37,016 nucleotides of DNA from Candidatus Velthaea sp. (GTDB lineage: Bacteria; Vulcanimicrobiota; Vulcanimicrobiia; Vulcanimicrobiales; Vulcanimicrobiaceae). The stretch covers positions 1-37,016 of the forward strand of contig JBEKHC010000048.1 of NCBI GenBank assembly GCA_050012475.1, given 5' to 3'. The notes beneath the pieces are model-generated. The model had not been told where the DNA came from. It saw nothing but the letters and a program-made list of their open reading frames with translations, and did no database searches. The position numbers and the translations under genes are program-made. Each line of letters starts with the position of its first letter. Position 1 is the first letter of the stretch. This document shows positions 9,163 to 18,622 of the stretch, piece after piece.

Positions 9163-9703
9163 CCGTGCGACGGCCCGGAGAGGCCCGCGACAAGCACGCT
9201 GATCATCTCGACTAGAAGTAGGGCGGGGCCATCGTTGTCGTCGAAACCTTTCTGCCGAACAAGGTGCTTTGCGAACCCGTTTGCTGTGCGATGCCAACTA
9301 CGACGTTATCCAAAGCACATGTCGCGGCCGAAGCAGATGATCTGCTTGCGCCCTCCCATCGCCGGAAAAACCGCCAATGGTTCAGCGCTCTTAATGCCGC
9401 TTGGCAAGCTACGCTCATGAGCAACTTCTGCGCCGGTCGCCGGCTGATAGCCGGTACGTCTTCGAGCACTGTCCATTGCGTGAAACCTTCGAATCGAGCG
9501 CGCGCTGCGGCCGACCGATGTCGAAACAGTTTACTGTCAACTAAACGCGGTCTCCGCATTGTAATGACCCCGAGGAAGCCGTCTCGTTTTCCAACCGGTC
9601 GATGAGCATATCAAGCTCGAATGCTGCCTTGTGCGCCAGCCACCGCTGGACGGTCCACTCGCGTTCAGACGTTGTTGCGCCAAGGCGTTTGAACGTAAGG
9701 TCA

Positions 9704-9931
9704 ATGAAGGCCGACGTTCGCTCGGCGCGACTCGCGAAGCTGCGCGTACCGACGCTCGTCATCCACGGGCTTACCGATCCGCTGATGCGGCCCGAACACG
9801 GTCGAGCACTTGCAATGACGATTCCAGATGCCAAGCTCGAGCTCGTCGTCGTCGAGCGGATGGGGCACGCGCTGCCAGAACGGGCCTGGGCGCAGATCAC
9901 GCATGCGATCGGAGAGCACGCAACGCGATGA
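9704..9931 (+). pseudogene. C-terminal fragment of an alpha/beta hydrolase
   Basis: RSARLAKLRVPTLVIHGLTDPLM...GRALAMTIPDAKL...MGHALP keeps the acid/His half only. No GxSxG-containing N-terminal half is recognisable upstream. Confidence 0.75.
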
Positions 9932-9958
9932 TCGCCTGCGCGAAGAGCATCGACCGGG

Positions 9959-10465
9959 TTACTTTTCGGCGATGAGGCCGCGCACCGTCGCGTTGACGAC
10001 GTCGTCCTGGCCTTCGCCGACGACGGTGCGCCGGAGCGCGCCGTGGCGGTCGAAGATGTACTGCGTCGGCCAATACTCGTTGTCGAGGGCCTTCCAAATC
10101 GTGAAGCTGTTGTCGAGCGCAACCGGCCAGACCACCCCCTGGCGCGCGAGTTCGCGCACCACGTTCGGGCGTTCGCGCTCCTCAGGCGTCTCCGGCGCGT
10201 GCACGCCGACGATCGTCAGATCGCGCGCCGGAATACTTGCGTGCAGCCGCTGGAGATTCGGCGTCACGTGCTTGCAGTTGATGCAGTCGAAGGTAAACAC
10301 GTCGACGATGACGACCTTGCCCGCGACGTCCGCAGCATCGACCCGGCCGTTGATCCAATCACTCGCCGCGAGCACGGGAGCAAGACCGCTCGGAGCCGCC
10401 GATGCGCCCGCGGCGAACACCAGCGGCAAACTCAACGCAGTAACGAGCGCAGCGATGCGTTTCAT
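9959..10465 (-). CDS. Exported thioredoxin-like (redoxin; DipZ/TlpA-like) protein
   Basis: Signal peptide MKRIAALVTALSLPLVFAAGASA; GKVVIVDVFTFDCINC (CxxC), VGVHAPE and NEYWPTQY; ATGA overlap with the crp gene. Confidence 0.88.
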   Translation of the reverse strand: MKRIAALVTALSLPLVFAAGASAAPSGLAPVLAASDWINGRVDAADVAGKVVIVDVFTFDCINCKHVTPNLQRLHASIPARDLTIVGVHAPETPEERERPNVVRELARQGVVWPVALDNSFTIWKALDNEYWPTQYIFDRHGALRRTVVGEGQDDVVNATVRGLIAEK

Positions 10466-11169
10466 GCTTGGGGCTCCTGATCGGGAACGATGAATTGCCG
10501 GCCGTCGAGCCGGATCGCGCCAGAACGCACGAGCAGCGACAATTCGAGCGAGACGGTTTCGCGGGTACTGCCAATGAGCGTGGCAAGATCGGCGTGCGTC
10601 AGCCGGGTTTCGATCCGCACGCCGCCCTCGACGGGGACGCCGTGCTCGAGCGCGAGCCGGCGGAACAGATGCATGAGCCGGTCGCTGACGCGCGCGTAAG
10701 CGATGTCTTCCATCTGCGCGGCGGCGTCGGCGAGGCGCTCCTGCAAAATCTTGGCCACGTTGAGCGCCAGCAGCGGTTCGGACTGAATGAGTTTGAACAG
10801 ATCGTCGGCACGCACGGTGCACAACAGCACGCTGTCGATGGCAATTGCCACGGTCGTCCGGTCGCCCGAACCGAACAGCGATTCTTCACCGAACATGTCG
10901 CCCGGGCCCAGCACCGCGACGGTGACCTCCTTCGCCTCGCTGGTCACCCGCGCGATGCGCACGGCTCCGCGTTTGAGAAAATACACGGTGCGCGAGGGGT
11001 CGCCTTGATCGAAGATCAGCGTCCGCCGCGGATACCCGACGATGGTGAAAATATGCGCGCTCTTATCGATTCCGCCGTCCATCGCGTTGGCGAAGAATCG
11101 ATTCCGGGTGAGGTACCAGACCTTGTTGCCGTCGGCTTCCGCATCGAATGGCGCGAACGCGGGGTTCAT
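10462..11169 (-). CDS. Crp/Fnr family transcriptional regulator
   Basis: cNMP-binding domain (IFDQGD, GDMFGEE, RTT) and HTH LTHADLATLIGSTRETVS. Confidence 0.92.
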   Translation of the reverse strand: MNPAFAPFDAEADGNKVWYLTRNRFFANAMDGGIDKSAHIFTIVGYPRRTLIFDQGDPSRTVYFLKRGAVRIARVTSEAKEVTVAVLGPGDMFGEESLFGSGDRTTVAIAIDSVLLCTVRADDLFKLIQSEPLLALNVAKILQERLADAAAQMEDIAYARVSDRLMHLFRRLALEHGVPVEGGVRIETRLTHADLATLIGSTRETVSLELSLLVRSGAIRLDGRQFIVPDQEPQA

Positions 11170-11176
11170 GCAGCGA

Positions 11177-11218
11177 AGCGTAGCACGTTTGGCGTCGTTT
11201 CCGCGTAAGCCGCCTTAC
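11177..11218 (-). promoter_or_regulatory. Putative class II Crp-type promoter: operator GTAAG-ccgc-CTTAC (11205-11218) plus extended -10 TGcTACGCT; probably leaderless crp mRNA
   Basis: Palindrome centre 11211.5 is -41.5 when TACGCT (11182-11177) is the -10. Predicted +1 is about 11170, next to ATG 11169, with no SD visible. Confidence 0.65.
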
Positions 11219-11262
11219 CGGCCGTATGCGGGTTCGCCGAACGGCACGTAGAAAGCAGCCGC

Positions 11263-12444
11263 ATGCACCCTGCCCCTCGCCTTGCCGTGCGCTGCGGCCG
11301 GTTGTATGACGGCTCCGGCGACCCGCCCCGGACGAATGTCACCCTGATCGTCCAGGGCGGGCGCATCGAGCGGATCGCCACCGCCGGCGAACCCGCGGAG
11401 GCCGAGCGCACGCTCGAAGCCGCGGCGGTGACGCCGGGCCTCATCAATGCGCACGTGCACCTGGAGTTCAGCGGCGAACCCGATATCGGGGTGGTGCTGC
11501 TGACGACGCCGATCTCGCAGACGCTGGTTGCCGCGGCGAACGCGCGCCGCTCGCTCGTAGCGGGCGTGACGACGGTTCGCGATCTGGGCGGCTCGGGCAG
11601 CAATGCGATCGAACTGCGCGACGCGATTGCGAAGGGGGATCATCCGGGTCCGACGATCGTGCCGGCCGGCCGCGCGCTGTGCATGACCGGCGGCCACGGC
11701 CACTTCGCGGGCAGCCGCGAAGTCGACGGCCCCTGGGACGCGCGCAAAGCGGTGCGCGAGCAGCTCAAAGCCGGCGCTCAATGCATCAAGCTCATCGCGA
11801 CCGGCGGCGTGCTGACCAAGGGGGCCGTGCCGGGTCAAGACCAGTTATCGGAAAAGGAGATGCGCGCAGCGGTCCTCGAGGCGCACACGCACGGCATGCG
11901 CGTCGCGGCGCACGCCATCGGCACGAGCGGGATCAAGAATGCGTTGCGCGCCGGGATCGATTCGATCGAACACGGTCTGCTCGTCGACGATGAAGCGATC
12001 GAGATGCTGCTGCATCACAACGCATTTTTGGTGCCGACGCTCGCCGCCGTCAGCTGCATCTTCGAGCACGCCAGCGATGCGAAACTGCCGGATTTCGTCG
12101 TCCGCAAAGCCAGCGCACTGTACGACGCCATGCGCGAGAACATCACGCGCGCGTACCGCGCGGGGGTAGCGATCGCCGGCGGTTCGGATGCCGGCACGCC
12201 GTATAACCGCCACGAGGATTACGCCTACGAAGTCGAGCTGATGCAGACGCTCATCGGGATGACGCCGGGCGAAGCGCTGCGCGCCGCCAGCCAAACCGCC
12301 GGCCGGTTGTTGGCGGTCGATGCAGGCGTCATTGCTGCGGGGCGGCCGGCCGATCTGCTGCTCCTCGACGGCGATCTCGAAGCCAACACGCTCGCATTGC
12401 GGGCGCCGCGCGCCGTCATCAAAAACGGCGCCGTCGTCGCATGA
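11263..12444 (+). CDS. Amidohydrolase family protein (Xaa-Pro dipeptidase-like)
   Basis: PGLINAHVHL, GVTTVRDLG, IKLIATGG, AAHA, IEHG and GSDAG metal-ligand motifs. Confidence 0.9.
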   Translation: MHPAPRLAVRCGRLYDGSGDPPRTNVTLIVQGGRIERIATAGEPAEAERTLEAAAVTPGLINAHVHLEFSGEPDIGVVLLTTPISQTLVAAANARRSLVAGVTTVRDLGGSGSNAIELRDAIAKGDHPGPTIVPAGRALCMTGGHGHFAGSREVDGPWDARKAVREQLKAGAQCIKLIATGGVLTKGAVPGQDQLSEKEMRAAVLEAHTHGMRVAAHAIGTSGIKNALRAGIDSIEHGLLVDDEAIEMLLHHNAFLVPTLAAVSCIFEHASDAKLPDFVVRKASALYDAMRENITRAYRAGVAIAGGSDAGTPYNRHEDYAYEVELMQTLIGMTPGEALRAASQTAGRLLAVDAGVIAAGRPADLLLLDGDLEANTLALRAPRAVIKNGAVVA

Positions 12445-13592
12445 GCCACGCGCTGCGCGGGATGCGCCTGGCCGTTCTCGGCCCGATCTCGTGGCCAACC
12501 CCGCCGCCGGGCTACGGCCCGTGGGAACAAATCGCGTCCAACATCGCGACCGGGATGAGCGCGCGCGGTTTGGACGTCACGCTTTTCGCGACCGGCAACT
12601 CGCACGCACCCGTAAAGATCTCGGCCGTCGTGCCCGTCGGCTTGGAAGAGGACCGCGGACTCAACGCCGACGTCTATAGCGCGCTGCACATCGGCAAACT
12701 CTTCGAGCGCGCCGGCGAGTTCGATCTCATCCACAATAATTTCGATTGGAAGCCGCTGACGTACGCGCTGGCAACCACCGCGCCGCCGATGGTCACCACC
12801 ATTCACGGTTTCAGTTCGCCGCCGATTCTTGCCGCGTATTACGCCGCGGCCGCGCGCAGCTTCTATTGTTCGATCAGCGACGCCGATCGCGATCCCGGCC
12901 TGGCGTATCTGGCCACGACGTACAACGGGATCGATCCCGCGCAGTGGACGTTCCGCGCCGAACCGGGCAAGGATCTGGTGTTCCTGGCGCGTTTCCATCC
13001 CGAGAAGGGGGCGCATCTCGCGATCGCCATCGCCAAGAAAGCCGGCGTGCGTTTGAAAATGGCGGCGATTCCGCAGGACGAGGCGTATTTCAAAGAGCTG
13101 GTCGAACCGCACATCGACGGCGACCAGATTCAATTTCTCGGCCATGTGAAAGGCACGGCGCGCGACGAATTGCTCGGCACCGCGCTCGCGCTCGTCCACA
13201 TGACGACGCGTCCCGAGCGCTTCGGCCTTACGATGATCGAAGCCATGGCCTGCGGCACGCCCGTGCTCGGCGCCGACATGGGTTCGATACCGGAGATCGT
13301 GGTCGACGGCACGACCGGCTACCTGTGCCGCGACGTCGATGAGGCAGCCGCACGCGTTCCGCAACTGGCACAGCTCAGCCGTCACGCCTGCCGCCGCCAT
13401 GTCGAAACGGCGTTTTCGACCGAACGCATGATCGACCGTTACTGCGACGCCTATACCGAGGCGCTGCGCCTGAGACTGCCGATCCCCGCGACGGAATCGC
13501 AGCAGACGTGGCGCGCGCACGACTGGTGGGATCGGCCGATGGCCTACACCGACATCCCCGCGAAGCCGGAACATTACGCCTTCACGCCATAG
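12441..13592 (+). CDS. Glycosyltransferase family 4
   Basis: PPPGYGPWE, DVTLFA, YNGID, RFHPEKG and ERFGLTMIEAMACGTPV. Confidence 0.92.
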   Translation: MSHALRGMRLAVLGPISWPTPPPGYGPWEQIASNIATGMSARGLDVTLFATGNSHAPVKISAVVPVGLEEDRGLNADVYSALHIGKLFERAGEFDLIHNNFDWKPLTYALATTAPPMVTTIHGFSSPPILAAYYAAAARSFYCSISDADRDPGLAYLATTYNGIDPAQWTFRAEPGKDLVFLARFHPEKGAHLAIAIAKKAGVRLKMAAIPQDEAYFKELVEPHIDGDQIQFLGHVKGTARDELLGTALALVHMTTRPERFGLTMIEAMACGTPVLGADMGSIPEIVVDGTTGYLCRDVDEAAARVPQLAQLSRHACRRHVETAFSTERMIDRYCDAYTEALRLRLPIPATESQQTWRAHDWWDRPMAYTDIPAKPEHYAFTP

Positions 13593-13874
13593 GGCGGGCA
13601 TCGGCTCGCTTATCGTTGGGCAGCGGTTCTACGGCGACGAATGGTCGCGCTCGGACGTGCGGCGCTGCACTGCAGCAGCTCGGCCGACCAACAGACTTGT
13701 CGCTTGCTGAAAACGCAGCACGAGGCGGCTTTTCGACGGCGTCCCGGTTTCGACGAACGCGCACACGTAAGATGCGATCGAGCGACTGCCCGAAACGGCG
13801 GTTTCGCCTGTTTTCGATTTTCCAACGCGCTTTTTTGTATTGTGCGGCGCCCGGCGCGCACGCAAAATACCGGT

Positions 13875-14828
13875 ATGAGCGTTATCCAATCCACCATGCG
13901 CGCCGTCCTGACGACCGGCGTCGCGGACGAACCGGTCGCGATCGCGCAGCGGGTGGTCCCGGTCGCACAACCCGGCGAGGCCCTCGTGCGCGTCGCTGCC
14001 GTCTCGCTCAATCCGGGCGAGGTGCGCCGGGCGCGCAAACGCGCCGCGGGTGAACCGATCGGCTGGGACTTTGCGGGTGTGGTCGAAACCGCGGCGGCGG
14101 ATGGAAGCGGGCCCAAGGCCGGCGCCCGCGTCGTGGGCTACGTCGCAAGCGGCGCCTGGGCCGACTATGTCGCTGCGCCCACCAAGCAGCTCGCCCCGAT
14201 TCCGGACACCCTTGCGTTTGCCGACGCCGCGACGCTGCCGATCGCCGGGCTCACGGCGCTGCGGACGTTACGCCGCGGCGGCGACCTGCGCGGCAAGGCG
14301 GTCCTCATCGTCCCCGGCACGGGCGGCGTCGGGCTCTTTGCGCTGCAGCTCGCCAAACGCGCCTGCGCCCGCGTCGCCACCGTCATCCGGTCGGAGCGAA
14401 ATGAGGCGCTGGTGCGCGCGTACGGCGCCGAGACCGTGGTCGTGGGCCCGACGGCCGACGCCGCGCCGCACGGACCGTACGATCTCATTCTGGATTCGCT
14501 GGGCGGCGATTCGCTGGCCGCGGCGCTGGGGATGGTCGCGACGGACGGCACGGTCGTCATCTTCGGCCAAACTGCGGGAACGACGACGACGTTTGCCGCC
14601 GATGCCTTTTACGCCACGGGCGGTGCGACGCTCTACGGGTTCATCATCTTTCACGAAGCCGCGAAGGAGCCGGCGGCCCGCGACCTCGAGCAGCTCGCCG
14701 CGCTCGCGGGCAGCGGCGAACTCAAGACGGCGGTCGATGTGACGCTGCCGTTCGATGCGTTCGCGGCCGCCGTCTCCGCCCGCGCGGAGCGCAGCTTGTC
14801 GGGCAAAGTTGTCGTCACGCTGCTATAG
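13875..14828 (+). CDS. Zinc-binding dehydrogenase/quinone oxidoreductase (MDR) family
   Basis: LVRVAAVSLNPGE, GWDFAGVV, AATLPIAGLTA, GTGGVG and C-terminal GKVVV. ATG at 13875 inferred. Confidence 0.88.
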   Translation: MSVIQSTMRAVLTTGVADEPVAIAQRVVPVAQPGEALVRVAAVSLNPGEVRRARKRAAGEPIGWDFAGVVETAAADGSGPKAGARVVGYVASGAWADYVAAPTKQLAPIPDTLAFADAATLPIAGLTALRTLRRGGDLRGKAVLIVPGTGGVGLFALQLAKRACARVATVIRSERNEALVRAYGAETVVVGPTADAAPHGPYDLILDSLGGDSLAAALGMVATDGTVVIFGQTAGTTTTFAADAFYATGGATLYGFIIFHEAAKEPAARDLEQLAALAGSGELKTAVDVTLPFDAFAAAVSARAERSLSGKVVVTLL

Positions 14829-14913
14829 CGTACAGGTTCGGCTGCGCCGGATGCGTGGCGTTCGGGCTCGGCCAAGCCGCCGTGTCGTTCGGCGCTGACG
14901 TACCGAGGCGCGC

Positions 14914-15813
14914 TTAGGTGGCTTTGGAGATCTCGAAGAACGAGCGGATCTGCTCTTCGAGCTTTGCGCGATTCTGGCGGAACTGCGCTGCGCGGTGTCC
15001 GTTCGCCGGAGACGGATGCGGCACGCCCTTGAGGATGCGCGGCCGGCCTCCCAACGTGGTGATCGAAGCGTGGTTCTCGGCGAGCACGTCAAGGCAATGT
15101 TCGACGCTCTTTCCCAGCGGCACGATCAGGGCATTGGGCGCGCAGCAAAGGCGGGGCAACAGCAACGATTCCAGCATGTCGCTGAACATGCGCGGGAGTT
15201 TAGCTTCGCGGATGCCGGACAGATTCGTTCCGTTCGCAAAGGTGGGAAACACGAGTGCCGACGTCGTGGCGACGGTGTTGCTTTCAACGGAAAAGAGTGC
15301 GGCCGTCGACGGAACGTGCAGCGCGTCTGGCAGCCCGACCTCGTCGAGCATCTCGCATACGTTCGCCCGCATGCGCCCGGCAAAGGCTACCCGTTCCTTC
15401 AAAGCGTCGCCATACGCGTCACGATCGTCCCGGTCCGCCGGGCTCTGCTCCGCGAACAACTTCGCGGCAAGTTTCATTTGCGAGAAACCGGGCGTCAACC
15501 CGACGAAGATGATCCGCGCCGTTTCGCGCGGCCAAACGTCGATGGGCGCGTAGTAGACGGCGTAACGGCCCTCGTGCGCAAGCAGAAAGCGTTCGTCCAA
15601 CAGCGCGGCTCGGTCGAATGCCAGCGGCCGATAAGCTGCGCTAAACGCGGCGATGCGGCTTTCAGAAAACGGCGATTGGTCGCCGTTTCTCCGCATTTCC
15701 CAGCCGCGGCAGACGTCGGGCAAAACATACCTCTGCATCCACTGTAGTTCGGTTACGTCGAGGCCGCCCGTGAGAAAAACGCCGCCGGCACTAGTTAAGC
15801 GATGGTTCGACAT
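14914..15813 (-). CDS. Uracil-DNA glycosylase superfamily-like hypothetical protein (start uncertain)
   Basis: ARIIFVGLTPG (motif A-like), LIVPLGK and GVPHPSPANGHR (motif B-like HPS). Confidence 0.7.
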   Translation of the reverse strand: MSNHRLTSAGGVFLTGGLDVTELQWMQRYVLPDVCRGWEMRRNGDQSPFSESRIAAFSAAYRPLAFDRAALLDERFLLAHEGRYAVYYAPIDVWPRETARIIFVGLTPGFSQMKLAAKLFAEQSPADRDDRDAYGDALKERVAFAGRMRANVCEMLDEVGLPDALHVPSTAALFSVESNTVATTSALVFPTFANGTNLSGIREAKLPRMFSDMLESLLLPRLCCAPNALIVPLGKSVEHCLDVLAENHASITTLGGRPRILKGVPHPSPANGHRAAQFRQNRAKLEEQIRSFFEISKAT

Positions 15814-16144
15814 TCGCGACCATCGGCACCCTGGAAGGCGTTAGCCGCGCGCATCGCCCAAACCGGCAGTAAGCTCCGGATCGGCCATCGACGCCAGCTC
15901 GCCGCAAGCTTTCGGTGTTCGTACGCAGGCGAGCCCGCCGTGCGCTTTGGGGGGTCAAGTTTTCACCATATCGCTTGCGCCTTGTCGGCGTTGCGCCTTG
16001 GTATCGTGTAAAGATTGCCGCGCGTTCGACGCAGCCAGAGCATCTCTAGGGAAACATTTCGCCGTACACGGTGAACTGGCGAACAAACGGCGGGCTTGTA
16101 ACGCACGGCAACAGAACCACTAACCGAGGTACCGCGATAGTCCG

Positions 16145-18583
16145 ATGACTTCGGACATGCAGCGTTTGTTCGTGTCGTGTAGCTCGCGCAACGTTCCGAT
16201 TGGGACGAAATTCGCCGGTCTGGGGGTTTTCCTCTGTACGCTGTTCTTCGTCGGGCTGCTCTTGTGCGCGCGAACCTATGCGCCGATTGCCGACCGTTCG
16301 CAGGCCGAAGCGCGGGCCCACACCGTGGCCACGGCCGCCGCGCAAGCATTCGAACAGTGGACGCTCGACGACGACCAGTCGAACATGTATGTCGCGCTGG
16401 TCGCGCTGCGAGATTCGACCCAAACGAAGCTGATGCAGGAGACGCTCAAACAGGTACTCGACGCGCGCGCGGCCGTCAATGCCCCACTCGACTCGATCGA
16501 ATACGCTGCAACCGACGCCACGTCGCGGGCCATGTTGGCCCGAATCCGTCGCGACCTGGCGGCCTACGACGGTTTTACGACGCGGATGCAGGATCTCGCC
16601 AAGCGCGGTGACGTCCTGGGCACGATCCGCACCGTCACGGTCGACAATGCCGCGGTTTCCGACGACCTGACGAAAGCCTTTGAAGCGCTCGGAAAACATG
16701 CCGACGACATTTCGGCAGCCGCGAACCGGGACGTCAATGCGATCGCGCTGCTCGGCGCCCGGCCGATGTACCCGATTGCGGTCGTCATGCTGCTGGTGAC
16801 CGCGGTGATTCTGACATTCGTTGGCCGATCGATCACCGGGCCGCTGCGCCACCTGACCGTCGCCGCGCGAAAAATCGCAGCCGGGGCCGTCGACGTCGAG
16901 GACGACTTGCCGCCCTCGGGCCGCAACGAGTTGGGAACGCTGTCCGCAACGTTTCGGCAAATGGCGCACAACCTCAGCCGCGTCTCGCTCGCTGCCGAGG
17001 CCGTTGCCGGGGGCGACCTTCGCAGCACCCAGCTCTCGCGCGGTACGGAGGACGGATTGGGGCGCTCGTTCGAGTTCATGGTCGACGATCTGCGGCGGTT
17101 GGTGGAGACCGTCGTCGATGACGGTGCCAGGATCACGCAGAGCGCGGCGGAGGTCGTCGATTCTGCCCATGAGATCAGCACGTCGAGTTCGGATATCGCG
17201 GGCGCAATTGCGCACGTCGTAACGGGCGCGAGCAATCAGCGTTCTGTGGCCTCCGAGATCGAGAACGAACTGGACGACTTCAGTCTGCACGTGCGCGATC
17301 TTTCAGCCGCGAAGCACGCGCAAGAAGACGGCGCTGCCAAGCTGCAGCACGCACTCGACTTGGTACGCGGGGCTTTGGACCGCGCGTCGGGCAGCGCTTC
17401 GAGCGTATCGTCGGCAGCGGATCGCGCGGCCCAGACGGCGCGCGACGGCACGAACGCGATCGCGGCCAGCATTGCCAGCATGGATCAGGTTCGCGCCGCC
17501 GTCGTCCTGGGCGAGGAGCGAATCATCGCGCTGCGTCAGCAGTCCGAGGAAGTCGGCGAGGTCGTGACGGCCATCGACGGAATCGCCGAACAAACGAAAC
17601 TGCTCGCGCTCAATGCAGCGATCGAGGCCGCGCGCGCTGGACAGTACGGCCGCGGCTTCGCGGTCGTGGCAGCGGAAATCGGCCGGCTGGCCGAACGCGT
17701 GGCCGGGGAAACCCGCAAGATCTCCGGCCAGGTCGGCGCGATGCGCGTGCACGTCGACGGCGTGCGCGCCGTAATGCTCGAAAGCAGCAACGCCGTGACT
17801 TCGACCACCAAACTCGGCACCGTCGCACGCGCGTCGCTCGATGCCATCGTGAACGACGTCGGCGAGACGGACACGCAAACCCGGCTGATCGAAGATGCCA
17901 TTGCCGACATCACGGCAAACGTCACGTTGCTCGCCGACACGACGCGCCAGGTCTCGGAAACCGCCCAAAACAGCAGCGACGCGATCGGCGGCGTGCAGCA
18001 CGGCACCGACACCGTCGTCAATGCAATCAAGCGCATCAGCGAAGTCACCGACGAAACGGCGACGAGCGCCGATTCCGTCGGCGAATCGGTGCTCGCGCAG
18101 GTCAACCAGATCGCGCGCTTGTCCGCGAGCGCCGAAGCGCTCACCGTGCTTGCCGGGAAGCTGCACCAGGCAGTCGGCGAGTTCCGAGTGCACGACGACA
18201 CGGCGCAAGCGTCTGAGGGTCCGATCCAACTGCGCAAGTATCCGCGGTTTCGCGTGGCATGCGCGGTTTCGTACGTCGTCGACGGCGAGGCCGCTGCAAG
18301 ATCCGGCCACGCTCGAGATCTGGGCGGCGGCGGCATCTGTTTTGGCACCCCGGAGTGCCTGCCCGCGCATGCTCGCATGACTATTCGCTTCGAGCTTCGT
18401 CCCGGGGAGAAGATCGAGATTCGAGGCCGCATCGTCACCACCGATCGCGGCGAGATCAGCAACGTCTACTACCACCACATCGAGTTCGAGGACGTTCCCG
18501 ACGCCCTTCGCGAGACGATCCTTTCCTATATTCTCGAAGAACGGCGCAACGCGCTCGTGGAGCGCGAGGCGGCTCTCAGCTAA
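16145..18583 (+). CDS. Methyl-accepting chemotaxis protein with C-terminal PilZ domain (start may be ATG 16157)
   Basis: TM1, helical sensor, TM2, HAMP (ITGPLRHL...NELGTL), MA hairpin [22 protein letters not shown], then C-terminal RKYPR...DLGGGG PilZ. Confidence 0.9.
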   Translation: MTSDMQRLFVSCSSRNVPIGTKFAGLGVFLCTLFFVGLLLCARTYAPIADRSQAEARAHTVATAAAQAFEQWTLDDDQSNMYVALVALRDSTQTKLMQETLKQVLDARAAVNAPLDSIEYAATDATSRAMLARIRRDLAAYDGFTTRMQDLAKRGDVLGTIRTVTVDNAAVSDDLTKAFEALGKHADDISAAANRDVNAIALLGARPMYPIAVVMLLVTAVILTFVGRSITGPLRHLTVAARKIAAGAVDVEDDLPPSGRNELGTLSATFRQMAHNLSRVSLAAEAVAGGDLRSTQLSRGTEDGLGRSFEFMVDDLRRLVETVVDDGARITQSAAEVVDSAHEISTSSSDIAGAIAHVVTGASNQRSVASEIENELDDFSLHVRDLSAAKHAQEDGAAKLQHALDLVRGALDRASGSASSVSSAADRAAQTARDGTNAIAASIASMDQVRAAVVLGEERIIALRQQSEEVGEVVTAIDGIAEQTKLLALNAAIEAARAGQYGRGFAVVAAEIGRLAERVAGETRKISGQVGAMRVHVDGVRAVMLESSNAVTSTTKLGTVARASLDAIVNDVGETDTQTRLIEDAIADITANVTLLADTTRQVSETAQNSSDAIGGVQHGTDTVVNAIKRISEVTDETATSADSVGESVLAQVNQIARLSASAEALTVLAGKLHQAVGEFRVHDDTAQASEGPIQLRKYPRFRVACAVSYVVDGEAAARSGHARDLGGGGICFGTPECLPAHARMTIRFELRPGEKIEIRGRIVTTDRGEISNVYYHHIEFEDVPDALRETILSYILEERRNALVEREAALS

Positions 18584-18622
18584 GGTCGCGTTCCTCGTCG
18601 GCGACCGCCGTTCGATCCGGCT

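Noticed and set aside
9212..9605. Overlapping 113-115-aa ORFs on both strands
   Set aside because: No RBS, motif or typical codon pattern; treated as degenerate sequence.
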